This document shows, in pieces, positions 27,130 through 38,613 of a stretch of DNA of 64,000 nucleotides. The notes below the pieces were generated by a model that was given only the letters and a program-made list of their open reading frames with translations, did not search any database and was not told the DNA's origin. The stretch comes from Eledone cirrhosa (lineage: Eukaryota). Location of the stretch: positions 111,662,001 to 111,726,000 of the forward strand of contig OZ024745.1 in NCBI GenBank assembly GCA_964016885.1, read 5' to 3'. The first letter of the stretch is position 1. The number at the start of each line of letters is the position of its first letter. The position numbers and the translations under genes were made by a program.

Positions 27130-27224
27130 GTCTTCGTGGTTTGGAGAAGAAAACCCAACTTCTTTTGATACATAACTCAACACTCATTGAATGCCCGACT
27201 TATAAAGGCTTAAAACTAACAAAG
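27130..27224 (+). CDS. FASTKD5: FASTKD5-like exon 2 (GLRGLEKKTQLLLIHNSTLIECPTYKGLKLTK)
   Basis: tttttcatttcatgaag acceptor, AAG|GTAAAT donor, phase 1 to 0; IECPxYxGxxL motif typical of the FAST region. Confidence 0.9.
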
Positions 27225-27319
27225 GTAAATATAAGGAAAGGTAAACCTTAACAATCATGCATACACACATATACACACTGCCACACATACATACACACCA
27301 CAACACACATACACACCAC

Positions 27320-27640
27320 ATCACAAAGACAGAAAACAGCACAGTTCCCATGACTTTCAGAAACATTTTTTCATGCTCAGAGTTGCTGAAGCATGGAACA
27401 AACTACTTGCATCAGTTGTTAGCTGCCGGGACACTGCATCCTTTAAAACCTCCATGCTTCCTGAAATTCGCCAACATTACACCTGATATTCCCCCTCGAT
27501 ACACACACACACATGTATATCATAACTCATACACTGTTTACTTTCCTGATATTTGTACATTATTCTATGTACTATACATGCACCTTTGATGAGTTGTAGT
27601 GCACCTGAGCACTGTACACAATAATTTCATTATTATTATT
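27320..27640 (+). mobile_element. CR1-like LINE 3-prime end with (ATT)n tail
   Basis: Matches CR1 3-prime UTR gagttgtagtgcacctgagcac...aatttcattattattatt. Confidence 0.85.
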
Positions 27641-28556
27641 ATTTATATATACTACAACCTCTTAGCCAGTTTTTCTATTAACTTATATATGCTTTGTCAT
27701 TCATGCACATTAATATTACCCATCCAGTGGAACATCAGTACCTCATTTCTTTTCAGCTTCCACACATATTCCACATTCAATGCCCATTTTTTTTCTACCA
27801 TACAAAATCCCACTCCATACACAAGCAGCTTACAATCTGTCCTTCACTCAGAGAAAAAATTATGTTTTGTTTCCCATCGAACTGCAATTGTAAACACAGA
27901 CATGTTGATAGTTCAAGCTTTTTCTTTTTTACAGTAGTATTCTGCTTCTAAAATTACATTGGCTTCAGTAAATATTGAACTCATAACCATTTGGTTAATA
28001 GTCTTTAATGCCATGGCTAATGTGTCACATCTTTGGCAAAGATAAAGTGAAGAGGTCTTCACAGACTTCTTTATAGTTTTTACACATTTCTTTTACTTTC
28101 ACTGACTGCTTCAGTCATTAGACTGCAGCCATAATTATTTTTGTTGTGTCTTTACTTTAAGTTAGTATCACAAGTATACCAAATAAAGAAATGTAGTGCT
28201 TAGGTTTGTCTTTCCTTTTTCTTCATTACCCAGATATATGTCTTATTACTTTCAATTATAGTCTTTGACTTGTTTTTATTCGATACAGATTTTCATTTTT
28301 TTTTTTGTTTTTTAGTGTAAGAAGCATTGGTAACGTTTGAAATTGGAAATAAAGTTGTCCCAATCTGAAATCACTATAGTAATAGACAATCACTATAAAT
28401 AAAAGTTGAGAAAAGCAGGTAAAATACCACTGAAAACAGAAAATAGCTGACAGTTTTTTTTTCCATTTTCAGGAGTATTTTACTCATTTTCACAATTATT
28501 ATTTAAATGCACTGGGTAATTGCTGGCCTTGTGCCTAAAGTAGAAACAATTATTTA

Positions 28557-30151
28557 CTAGCTGGCCTGTCTGGCTGGCGCCCGGCTATCATTGACGTGTT
28601 CTACGGCATCCATATATATATATAGCTGATGTACCTAGCTTCGCTTGGATAAACAAATGATAAGTCGTCTGTGTAGTATAGTATTACTGTTGAAAATGTA
28701 TAGTATAGTATTACTGTTGAAAATATATAGTATAGTATTACTGTTGAAAATATATAGTATAGTATTACTGTTGAAAATATATAGTATTAGTGTTGAAAAT
28801 ATATAGTACAGTATTACTGTTGAAAATATATAGTATAGTATTAGTGTTGAAAATATATAGTACAGTATTACTGTTGAAAATATATAGTATAGTATTACTG
28901 TTGAAAATATATAGTACAGTATTACTGTTGAAAATATATAGTATAGTATTACTGTTGAAAACATAGTATAGTATTACTGTTGAAAATATATAGTATAGTA
29001 TTAATGTTAAAAATATATAGTACAGTATTACTGTTGAAAATATATAGTATTAGTGTTGAAAATATATAGTATAGTATTACTGTTGAAAATATATAGTACA
29101 GTATTACTGTTGAAAATATATAGTATAGTATTACTGTTGAAAACATAGTATAGTATTACTGTTGAAAATATATAGTATAGTATTAATGTTAAAAATATAT
29201 AGTACAGTATTACTGTTGAAAATATATAGTATTAGTGTTGAAAATATATAGTATAGTATTACTGTTGAAAACATAGTATAGTATTACTGTTGAAAATATA
29301 TAGTATAGTATTAATGTTAAAAATATATAGTACAGTATTAATGTTAAAAATATATAGTATAGTATTACTGTTGAAAATATATAGTACAGTATATTATTAC
29401 TGTTGAAAATATATAGTGTAGTACAGTATTACTGTTGAAAATATGTACACAAATATATAATTAATTAAAAGTTGGTTAGAAGTGAAGTCCAGGCAGACAG
29501 AGAGATATTATAAGCGTGCAACGTTATAGCTATGTATCTATCTAAAAAGACAGAGTAAGAAAGAGAGAGGAATGTCGTATTATATATATTATATATAATA
29601 AAGTACCAGTAATGTACTGGGATAATTGCTGGCCTTGTGCCAAAAGTAGAAACAATTATACTTCTTTTTTATACAGCTGTAAATAACATGTTTATGTATG
29701 TATATATACGTATAAAGGAATGCTGTAATAAAATGTACAAATTAAACTGTCTCTTATTTATGATACTAACACAATATATACACACACACTATATATACAT
29801 ATATACACACACACAGATAGCGAAGCCAATGTACAGAATGGTTTTTGTAATGCGGACAGCCAGACATACAAACAGATATTATAAGGGCGCGACGTTATAG
29901 CTATGTATCTATCTAAAAGGACAGACTAAGAAAGAGAGAGATCGCTAACTGGAAATGTTGACATCTGAAAATTTTAAAGAAGTGAATATTTAAATAAACA
30001 ATAAAATATCTTTAATCTTTCAACTAAATTTAGTAGACAAAAATACCCTCACTTTCTTACTTGGAAAAAGTTACAGCTATGGTACTGTTTGGTCCAGCCG
30101 TTTGGCGAAAAGTTTGTTACATACATACAGCCGTCAGCTTTATAATATAGA
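28557..30151 (-). mobile_element. Non-autonomous Helitron-like element
   Basis: Minus strand A|TCtatattataaag 5-prime end, GC-rich subterminal segment and CTAG|T 3-prime end, no TSD; internal direct repeat 29502..29570 / 29873..29940. Confidence 0.7.
28672..29447. repeat. 27-bp minisatellite (about 28 copies)
   Basis: Unit agtattactgttgaaaatatatagtat with variants; 9-aa periodicity in overlapping ORFs. Confidence 0.95.
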
Positions 30152-30154
30152 TAG

Positions 30155-30708
30155 TGGGCAGTATCGGTAGAGAGTTGGATGCCATGCTTTGCAGCACAGT
30201 TACGTCCCTTTACGGACTGAGTTCAAATCCCACCGAGGTTAACTTTGCCTTTCATCCTTACGGGGTCGATAAAATAAAGTACCAGTAATACACTGGGATA
30301 ATTGTTGGCCTTGTGCCAAAAGTAGAAACAATTATTAGGCCAGCATAGAGTTACGGCCCTTTACAGTCTGAGTTCAATTCCTGCCGAGGTCACTTTACCT
30401 TTCATCCTTACAGGGTCGATAAAATAAAGTACCAGTAATGCACTGGGTAATTGCTGGCCTTGTGCCAAATTTAGAAACAATTATTAGGGCAGTGGATTGG
30501 CAGTATCAGTAGAGCACCGGACACCCTGCTTTGCAGCAGAGAGTTACGGCCCTTCACTGCTGAGTTCAAATACCGCCGAGGTTAGCTTTGCCTTTCGTCC
30601 TTATGGGTTCAATAAAATAAAGTACCAGTAACACACTGGGTCGATTTAATCGACTTTCCCCTCCTCAAAATTTGCTGGCCTTCTGCCTAAAGTAGAAATA
30701 ATTATTAT
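30155..30708 (+). mobile_element. Three tandem SINE family N copies (FASTKD intron 2)
   Basis: Repeated gagttcaa..cc.ccgaggt...gtcgataaaataaagtacc. Confidence 0.85.
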
Positions 30709-30786
30709 AGTCGTGTCTATGTTGGGATATATTTCAAATTATTAATTGGTTTTTTGGGTGTTTTTGTTTTTTTTTTGTCTTTGTAG

Positions 30787-30946
30787 CAATCAATAAAGAA
30801 ATTTCAAGTGTCAGATTTTACCAAAGCTATTAACTTTGAACTGAGCACTCGTTCTGGTTTGAATCCTATCTATGAAGAACTTGTAGCTCTGTTTGGTGAA
30901 GCAAAAGTACACTGCAACATGATACTACCACACTTTACAACTGCAG
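30787..30946 (+). CDS. FASTKD5: FASTKD5-like exon 3 (QSIKKF...VHCNMILPHFTTA)
   Basis: Long T tract plus tag acceptor, CAG|GTTAAG donor, phase 0 to 1; ILPHF..AD motif. Confidence 0.9.
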
Positions 30947-31988
30947 GTTAAGATTTATTTCTATTCTCATAGATAAATAATCTTTCAGTTTTTAAGTCAT
31001 CACAAGATTTTACAATACTTTTATATGTTATGCCAGTTTAGTTCAGACAATGCTGGTGCCTATGCAGAATTTTAACACTGTACTGTACTTCTAACATTAT
31101 ACTGTTCAAAATAAAACACGTTTTATGAAAATTGACCCATAATTAATGAGATTATTGACAGTTTTAAATAGGGAGTTTCTTTCCACTCACCCTGTAAATA
31201 TTGTATTATTATCATCATCATCACTGTTTAACGTCCATTTTCTACGCTGGCATGAGTTAGACAAGTTATCCTGTTGTGAGCAATGCCCGGTCAGGTGACC
31301 ATGTCTTGCTCATATAGAAACGATTTTGGCTTGGTTTCTACAGGTGGATGCCCTTCCTAGTACCAACCTCATTTACAGTGATTACTGGGTACTTTTTGTG
31401 GTGACACCTATACAACCACTTTACAGTGAGTACTGGGTGCTTTTTGCTGTAACACCTACTTGACCACTCTACAGTGTGGACTGGGTATTTTTTGCCGTGT
31501 TGCCATCACAACCACTTTCAGTGTGGACTGGAGGCTTTGTACCTGCTAAAATATTGTAGTTTAGATTAAATAATGAATAACACATAAAAGATGAAGTCTG
31601 AGTATTTTTGTGAATATTTTTCTATGCTATCCTAAGTGTAACTGTCATTGTTGGAGAAATTACCTCTATAACTAGATGCTCTTTTAATTGCTAGCCACTC
31701 AACCATGAACCAGAATATTTTATCTTATATATAACTTAAAACAGAGTTATGTACCTTGTCCTGTAGTAAAATAATTAATATGGGGGCACAATTACTATAG
31801 CAAGACTTTAAGATATGGACATTGTGATTAACAGGCTGTACTTTAACAACCCATGTAGCCAATATGGCCTCAACGATGTCTATGATGTAAAAATAATACT
31901 TTCTCCTCCACTATGCAATTTGATATTAAATATTTATATTTACATGAAAGTTGAATCTAATAAGTTTATTTCTATTATTTTTTTACAG

Positions 31989-32154
31989 ATATTGAGATTC
32001 ACCTAAATTCTGACAACTTTCCTCAAAGGTTCACACCATCAAAGGAGGTTTTAAATTCTCATAATATCCAAAACTTTACAATCCAACAGACTGTTACTGA
32101 AGATTTATTACAACAACTTATCAGACCATCAACAGACAAACAATCTAAATACAG
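31989..32154 (+). CDS. FASTKD5: FASTKD5-like exon 4 (DIEIHLNSD...VTEDLLQQLI...SKY)
   Basis: ttttttacag acceptor, CAG|GTACAG donor, phase 1 to 2, open frame. Confidence 0.88.
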
Positions 32155-32849
32155 GTACAGATCTGAATCATTCTTTTTTACTGACTTGTAAAGATATCCT
32201 GAATAATGATTCTATCTTTTGTTTTATTTTTATAACACATTTTATATTCTTAGTGCGATTTAGACTTTAACCTTTTCATTACTATATTTTTAATGAAGGA
32301 GATTGTTTATAATTTTCAAATAATTTTGCAAAATAATATATTTGATGGGATTTAGTAATATAACTTTCTCATTATCTATGTAGTGTTTGCAGCATAACTT
32401 AACAAAGATCCTTACATAAAATTATGATGGAAGATTTTTAGATAGATATAAACATTCTGAAATAAACAGATTTTTATTAAAGAACCAGAGGTGATTTGAT
32501 ATCAAAAGTGTTAGAATAGAATAGAAAATTGATCAATAAGATCCCAGACTTCATTCACTTAACAAGTGGAGTGAAACTCCTCAAATTGGACCAAGGAAAC
32601 AATGTTTCCATTGGTCTTTCAAATTGGTGATAATATCTACCAGTTGCAACTTGTGGTAGAAAATGTTAAAATGTTCTAAAGATTAAAAATGTTGTAAACC
32701 TAGCAGAAAAAAAGACAGGACTACCACCATCTAGAAAGTGACCGTGCTCAATATGCAAAAAAAGTGTAGGTAGGAATTCTTTATGTAAAATATAGGCACA
32801 CAAGAAGTGTAAAAAAAAAATAGGTATATATATTATTTATAAACACAGA

Positions 32850-33300
32850 GCACAATGTGGACATGGGGTGGAGTCTTAACTCTCTATCAAAGGTGTGGGT
32901 ATCTCCAATCAAGAAAACCACAAAAATGAGGCTATTCAAAGCAACAGTTGAGTCCATTCTCCTCTACAGATGTGAGTCATGGACACTAACAAAAACACTC
33001 ACAAAGAGGATTAATGGCATATTCATGCAAATGCTGAGAAAGGTCCAGAACATATCCTGGAGAATACACATGGCAAACAAATCGCTCTACAGCTGACATC
33101 ATAAAGTGTAGGAGACTTGCATTAGACGGACATGTGAAACGTCACAATGAACCTGCTGAGAGGGTTGTTTTCTGGAAACCTGATGTGTGTAGACGAAAAG
33201 GATGTTCTTGAAAATGACACTGGGCTGGAGGCAATGGAACTTCAGATGGCAATGTTGGACAGAGGGTGAGCTGGAGGAGGAACTTCGTCAGGGCACCAGT
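32850..33300 (+). mobile_element. RTE-group LINE 3-prime ORF fragment
   Basis: KMRLFKATVESILLYRCESWTLTK...MLRKVQNISW. Confidence 0.75.
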
Positions 33301-33752
33301 AACAGATAGAAGAAAAAGAAATGTAGTTAGATCAAAGACTTTGTATATTGCAGAGATATATAAATAGTTTGCAATCAGAGCACGAGTGAAATAAATTATT
33401 TCCAATGCTCTGAACACACCATAGATGTTGTGTGTTGTTAATGTACAAACACGGGGAGGTAAGTTTGTTAAACAGTTATTGGGGGATAGAGCAGTTTGAA
33501 AATTGAACCAGTGAAATAGCTCTCTGTCTCTCTCTCTCTCCCTCTCTCTCTCTCTCTTCATTGGTGTATTTTTTTTTATTATCTTTATATTATAAACTTT
33601 ATCTGAACAAAATCTTTTACAATCATATTTAAAATATTCTAAATACTTAAGAAATACCAACAAACAACATACATACATACATACCTCAGATGAGATAAAA
33701 TACTTTAGTCAAAATAAAACTACTTTTATAATCTTCTTTTCATCTGTTTTAG

Positions 33753-33773
33753 GAAAACCAACATCATCAGAAG
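33753..33773 (+). CDS. FASTKD5: FASTKD5-like 21-nt micro-exon (R-KTNIIR-R)
   Basis: cttcttttcatctgttttag|GAAAACCAACATCATCAGAAG|gtaaga; phase 2-2, frame preserving. Confidence 0.7.
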
Positions 33774-33910
33774 GTAAGAATCATTTTAACACTTGTAAAA
33801 CAACTGCGTCATTCTCTCCAATAATATATATACTATTCTTTGCTTTTTCAGATACAGATAATTTTTTACAGATTTTTATATAATTATTCTTTTAGTCTTT
33901 CACACACACG

Positions 33911-33944
<34 letters not shown>

Positions 33945-34029
33945 TCCCAAGTTCAATCAGGAGTAACCACAGTAAGTAAGGTACTCAATACATTAGTAGA
34001 GTGTAGACATCATGTTTAATATAGAAATG

Positions 34030-34078
34030 GATTCTACAGGTCTAGAACTGTTTCATTCAAAAGAAATCATCAGGAATA
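34030..34078 (-). ncRNA. Type I hammerhead ribozyme motif within a fold-back inverted repeat (34007..34125)
   Basis: attc CTGATGA tttcttttgaat GAAA cag..ctg TA gaat; first stem II pair is a U-U mismatch. Confidence 0.55.
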
Positions 34079-34209
34079 AAACAGTTCTAGTCTTGTAGAA
34101 GCCATTTCTATGTTAAACATGATGTATATATATATATATATTGTAGTATAAATTTGGTATAAATATCCAAGGGTTCTGAGCACTCAGTCCATCGAACGAG
34201 TTATATAAA

Positions 34210-34241
<32 letters not shown>

Positions 34242-34244
<3 letters not shown>

Positions 34245-34790
34245 CATCTGAGTGAGTTTCTTGGTCAGCGTCCAAGTCTCAGACCCGTACAGCAGCACAG
34301 ACTCCACTACAGCAACGAAGAGACGGATCTTCAGGTCTTTACAAAGGTCCGACTTCCACGCCGATCTCAAGCTGTGGCACTCCGCCTAGGCTTTGCTCTC
34401 CCTCGCGACCACATCATCTTCTCAGATGGTGGATGGGTGCTACACGAGAATGCTGAGGATGGCTCTGAACATTAATCAGTATACACTGAGGATGAAGAAC
34501 TCAGAGCTGTACGGGAGCCTCTCAAAAGTCAGCTCGAAAGTGACACAGAGGAGACTGGGGTTAGCTGGATATGCTCATTGGCATCCAGAGTTGACACTGC
34601 ACTCAGTGCTCCCATGGGAGCCCCTGCATGGACACACTGGAAGAGGAAGACCGAGGTTAACATATGTTGATGCCCTAAGGACAGACACTGGTTTCTTGGA
34701 GACACAGGACATGACAGCAATAATGAGGGACAGAGACCACTGGAGAGAACTCGTCCATGGATCTCGGGAATTTTACCCGCCTTAGATAGA
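34242..34790. mobile_element. RTE-group LINE insertion with 5-prime inversion
   Basis: 34242..34420 minus encodes ...VESVLLYGSETWTLTKKLTQMV; 34421..34785 plus continues QMVDGCYTRMLR...GRGRPRLTY. Confidence 0.85.
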
Positions 34791-36419
34791 TATATATATA
34801 CACACACGTATCCATAACTCTTAAATACTATATCATAAACGTTAACAAAGGGACTCTAATCCAACTGTATTCACAAACTCAAACAAATACCACCCTTACA
34901 CCTAAAGTCAACTTACCCTACTATATACATACCACACTAGACATAAAGTAAAATAACTAATCACACCCTTCAGAACCATACCCAAAATACACTCCCATGC
35001 AAAACAATAACAATGCCCATACTAATTACTGGTACAGATGTGATAGACATCATAAGGTTGCAGCTGTCATACATGATTTCTATATATATATCTGTTGTGA
35101 ATACTACTGCATTACATAATCAATATTGTACCTACACAGAATCAGAAGAACTCCAGCTGTTGGTGAAAAAGATCATACTCAAGGTCTCGTCAGACCCTCC
35201 AAGATTGGGATGGTTGATGTTCTTGAACAACAGCAAATTGACAGCTGCAGGAAAAATATGACAAAGGTTGACATTCTAGAGAAGGAAAATCTTCAAAGAG
35301 TGGTTTGTGAAATACCTGGAGTGAAGACATGATAGGGGTGATAAAAGGAAAAAAAATAAGTGAATTGGATGGGCCTGAGTGGTGTCATGAGATCAAGGAG
35401 CAGATGCCACTGTAGTTTATGTCAATTAATCAGGTGGCTTAGAGGAGACAGTCTGGGATGTCTATATGTGTAGCAAAATATGGCAATGCTACTCTATTGT
35501 GGGCTTACTTGAGCTTTGTTTAAATCTAGTAACTCTTGAGAGCTGAAATATTTTCCATACTTGAAGAGTAAAGCCAGGTTTTGCTTTGTTGAAGGTGTGA
35601 GATCACTCTGCTCTGAAATATCAGCAGTAATGGTGAGACTGTGACATTTCTTTTTCCAAACATTGTAGGCTATAGTCTGAACTGTTGCTATATAGGTATA
35701 AGTGGTCTACTTGGGAGATTTACGGTTATGAGTTATGCTTGCTTAAGAGGAAGGTTTTGGTCGCCCACTTAGCTGTCCCAGATGGGTCAGGGGTGAAGCA
35801 CATCCAGCTAGTGGAAACAGCATAGAACTGGCAAAGCTTGATCGGTTAGCTGACTTAAAGTACCATAGGAGGCAGTAGAACTACATTGAGTATTTGGCAC
35901 ATGATGACTGGAACAATCACACGTCTGCCTAATACATCATGTGTTAAAAGTAGTTGATAGTTGACAGGGATTTAAACTAAGAAAAAGTGTTTGTGTGTGT
36001 GTGTGTGTGTGTGTATTTTCCAACAGATGTTCAAGCTGGGCATCAACCACATCAATCTTTCTTGTCCAAGATTGTTTGCAAATATCACTTTTATGTGTGC
36101 CTGTCCAGTGTATCTAATTCAACATCTGTGTTCTAGATTTATATCCTTTCAGATTAATAAAAACAATGAGTAGGAAGGAGTGAGACCAATTCAGTAGCTT
36201 AGACACCTCCTTACCTACAGTAGTTGACTTAGACAAGACACCTACAGTAGTTGACTTTCTACCTTCTCAAACAAGTTAATATTTATTTCACATATCTTTT
36301 TTTCATTTGTTATAATTATCTGGTTTAGATTTTCTTTTTTTTTTTATTTATATATTTGGCTATTTTTACTTTTTCACAATATGAATTACTGATGTAATTT
36401 TATTTTATTCTACAACCAG

Positions 36420-36537
36420 AATTGCCATACAGGTGGCAGGGCCAAATCAGTGTTCTTTTACTGACCCACCTGTCATCTTTGGAATATATCGCACCAAACT
36501 GAGACAGTTACAGGTGTTAGGCTATGAAATTCTTTTT
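36420..36537 (+). CDS. FASTKD5: FASTKD5-like exon 6, RAP domain (RIAIQVAGPNQC...GIYRTKLRQLQVLGYEILF)
   Basis: Acceptor ...caaccag, donor TTT|GTAAGT, phase 2 to 0; RAP consensus (IAI.V.G..., K.R.L..LGY). Confidence 0.92.
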
Positions 36538-36732
36538 GTAAGTATTTTTACTTCATTACTAGACAAGGAATTCAATCTATTTATGTGACATCCAGTCCTA
36601 TCAGTTTTTGTAAAAATTATTCAACTAAAGAAATACTTAGTTTTTATATCCCCATCACAAAATGTCTCATGATAACTAAAAGTGCAAAATATGACTTTAG
36701 CATTTACATTACTCTATATTTACTATTGTATT

Positions 36733-37672
36733 ATAATAATAATAATAATAATAATAATGAAATTATTGTGTTAAGTGCTCAGGTGCACTACAACTCGTCA
36801 AGAAAGTACATAGAATAATACACAAATGTCAGGGAAGTACATGTGTGTATGTGTTAGCTGTAGTGTTGGCGGATCTCGGGAAGCATAGAGGCCTTAAAGG
36901 ATGCAGTGTCTCGACAGCTAACAACTGATGCAGGTAGTTTGTTCCATGCTTCAGCAACTCTGAGCGTGAAAAAATGTTTCCGAACGTCATGGGAACTGTG
37001 CTGTTTTCTTACTTTGTGGGCATGTCCACGTGTGTTAGACACATGGAAATCGAAAAGGCACTCAGGGTTGTTGTTGGCAACATGTTTAACAATTTTGTGG
37101 GTGTTTACCAAGTCAGTTGCCAGGCGTCGGAGCTTCAATGAATCCATGCCCAGGGAAGCAAGGCGCTCAGAGTATGGTAGATGCCTGATGGAGGGTATTC
37201 GCTTGGTTGCACGTCTCTGAACAGTTTCCAGGCGGTCAATGTCCTGAGCAAGATAGGGGTTCCAGACTGGTGATGCAAATTCTAAGTGTGGTCGCACCAT
37301 AGCTGTATACAGCCTTAAATAGATATCTGGAGAGCGGCTGACAAAGTGATGCTAAGACACCCTCGGCCCTCTTGACAATTTTAGAGACGTGCCTCGTCCA
37401 ACGCAAATCGCTGCTGACCGTAATGCCCAGGTCACGTTCACAGGAAGACTTCTTGATATTAGTGCTGTGGAGGGAGTATGTGGACGCTGGGTTTTTACTC
37501 CCAAAATGCATGGTGGTGCACTTGTCCACAGCTAGCTTGAGTTGCCAGTCTGAGATCCACTGTTGCATTGTGTCCAGGTCAGACTGCAAGCAAGATCTAT
37601 AGTGTTCAGGATCTGTCCTTTTTATCTCAAGGTACAGCTTGATGTCGTCTGCGTACTTTAGTACTGTGGCAT
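36733..37672 (-). mobile_element. CR1-clade LINE, 5-prime truncated, inserted in a piggyBac-like MITE (halves about 36695..36732 and 37673..37844)
   Basis: YADD, ERDLGI, VRPHLEFASPVWNP, LETVQRRATK, RKHFFTLRVAEAWNKLP; (ATT)n tail. Confidence 0.92.
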
Positions 37673-38442
37673 TTCACGGTAAAGGCTTTATCTCACATAA
37701 TATTGAAGCTACGAGATTTTGATGTTATTTATTTTGAGAACAATACCTTAACATTGGTATGAGCAGCCGATTACAGCTGGTTTGACGAGAAAGAGATGAG
37801 ATAATTCTGGTCGGATACGACCAGTTTAAATGCTAAAGGGTTAAACTATTTTGGAATTTGAGCTTGCATGCTCTTTATAAACAAAAGCCCAATATTTATG
37901 CTGTTGCCTTTTGTGACTATATTTCTAATATACTCCTTTTCAATTAATTTTATGGAGAATTTTGAGGGATTTACTAAAATTGTTATTTTATTACTAAGAT
38001 AGTAACTGTACATATGGTTCTTAAATAAAATTACGTGGGAAGATTTAAATTTAAATAGGAACCCTTTTAAGTGGGTAGTTTTATTTCATAGAACTGGAGG
38101 CAGTTTTGGGTGGTCGTTATCAAAAGGGTTAAAATGTGTTTCTCTTTTTTTATTTTTTGAAATCATCTCAAGTGATTGACTAACCAATTCATAAAATTAA
38201 CATAAATTCACTTTGTCTTTATCAAAACAATCAGTTTAGCTTGATGTAGTCACAATAAAGTACTTTTCTGAATACCCAATGACAAACATTTCTTAGTGCT
38301 TTGACATGTACATATAATATTGAAATTCTTCATTTATTTATTTGCTGGATAGTGTGGAAGAGTATATATATATATAGAGAGAGAGAGAGGGAGAGATATC
38401 ATGTCTATATATATATTACCATATAACCTTTTTTATTTTCAG

Positions 38443-38556
38443 GTAACTTCAAGTGAAGCAAAGCATTTAAATGAGAGACTGTCTCCTGATGAAAGAAAAA
38501 AGTGGGTTCTTCAGAATATCATTGAGAAATTGAACATCAATATTAACAGCACATGA
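38443..38556 (+). CDS. FASTKD5: FASTKD5-like terminal exon (VTSSEAKHL...ERKKWVLQNIIEKLNININST*)
   Basis: ttttttattttcag acceptor, phase 0, TGA at 38554..38556. Confidence 0.85.
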   Translation, partial: VTSSEAKHLNERLSPDERKKWVLQNIIEKLNININST

Positions 38557-38607
38557 ATCTCATTTATATCATTAACAATTTTTCATATTAACAAAGTCAT
38601 TAAAAAC

Positions 38608-38613
38608 AATAAA
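38608..38613 (+). terminator. Candidate polyadenylation signal of the FASTKD gene
   Basis: AATAAA 52 nt after the stop; ATTAAA at 38599. Confidence 0.45.
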
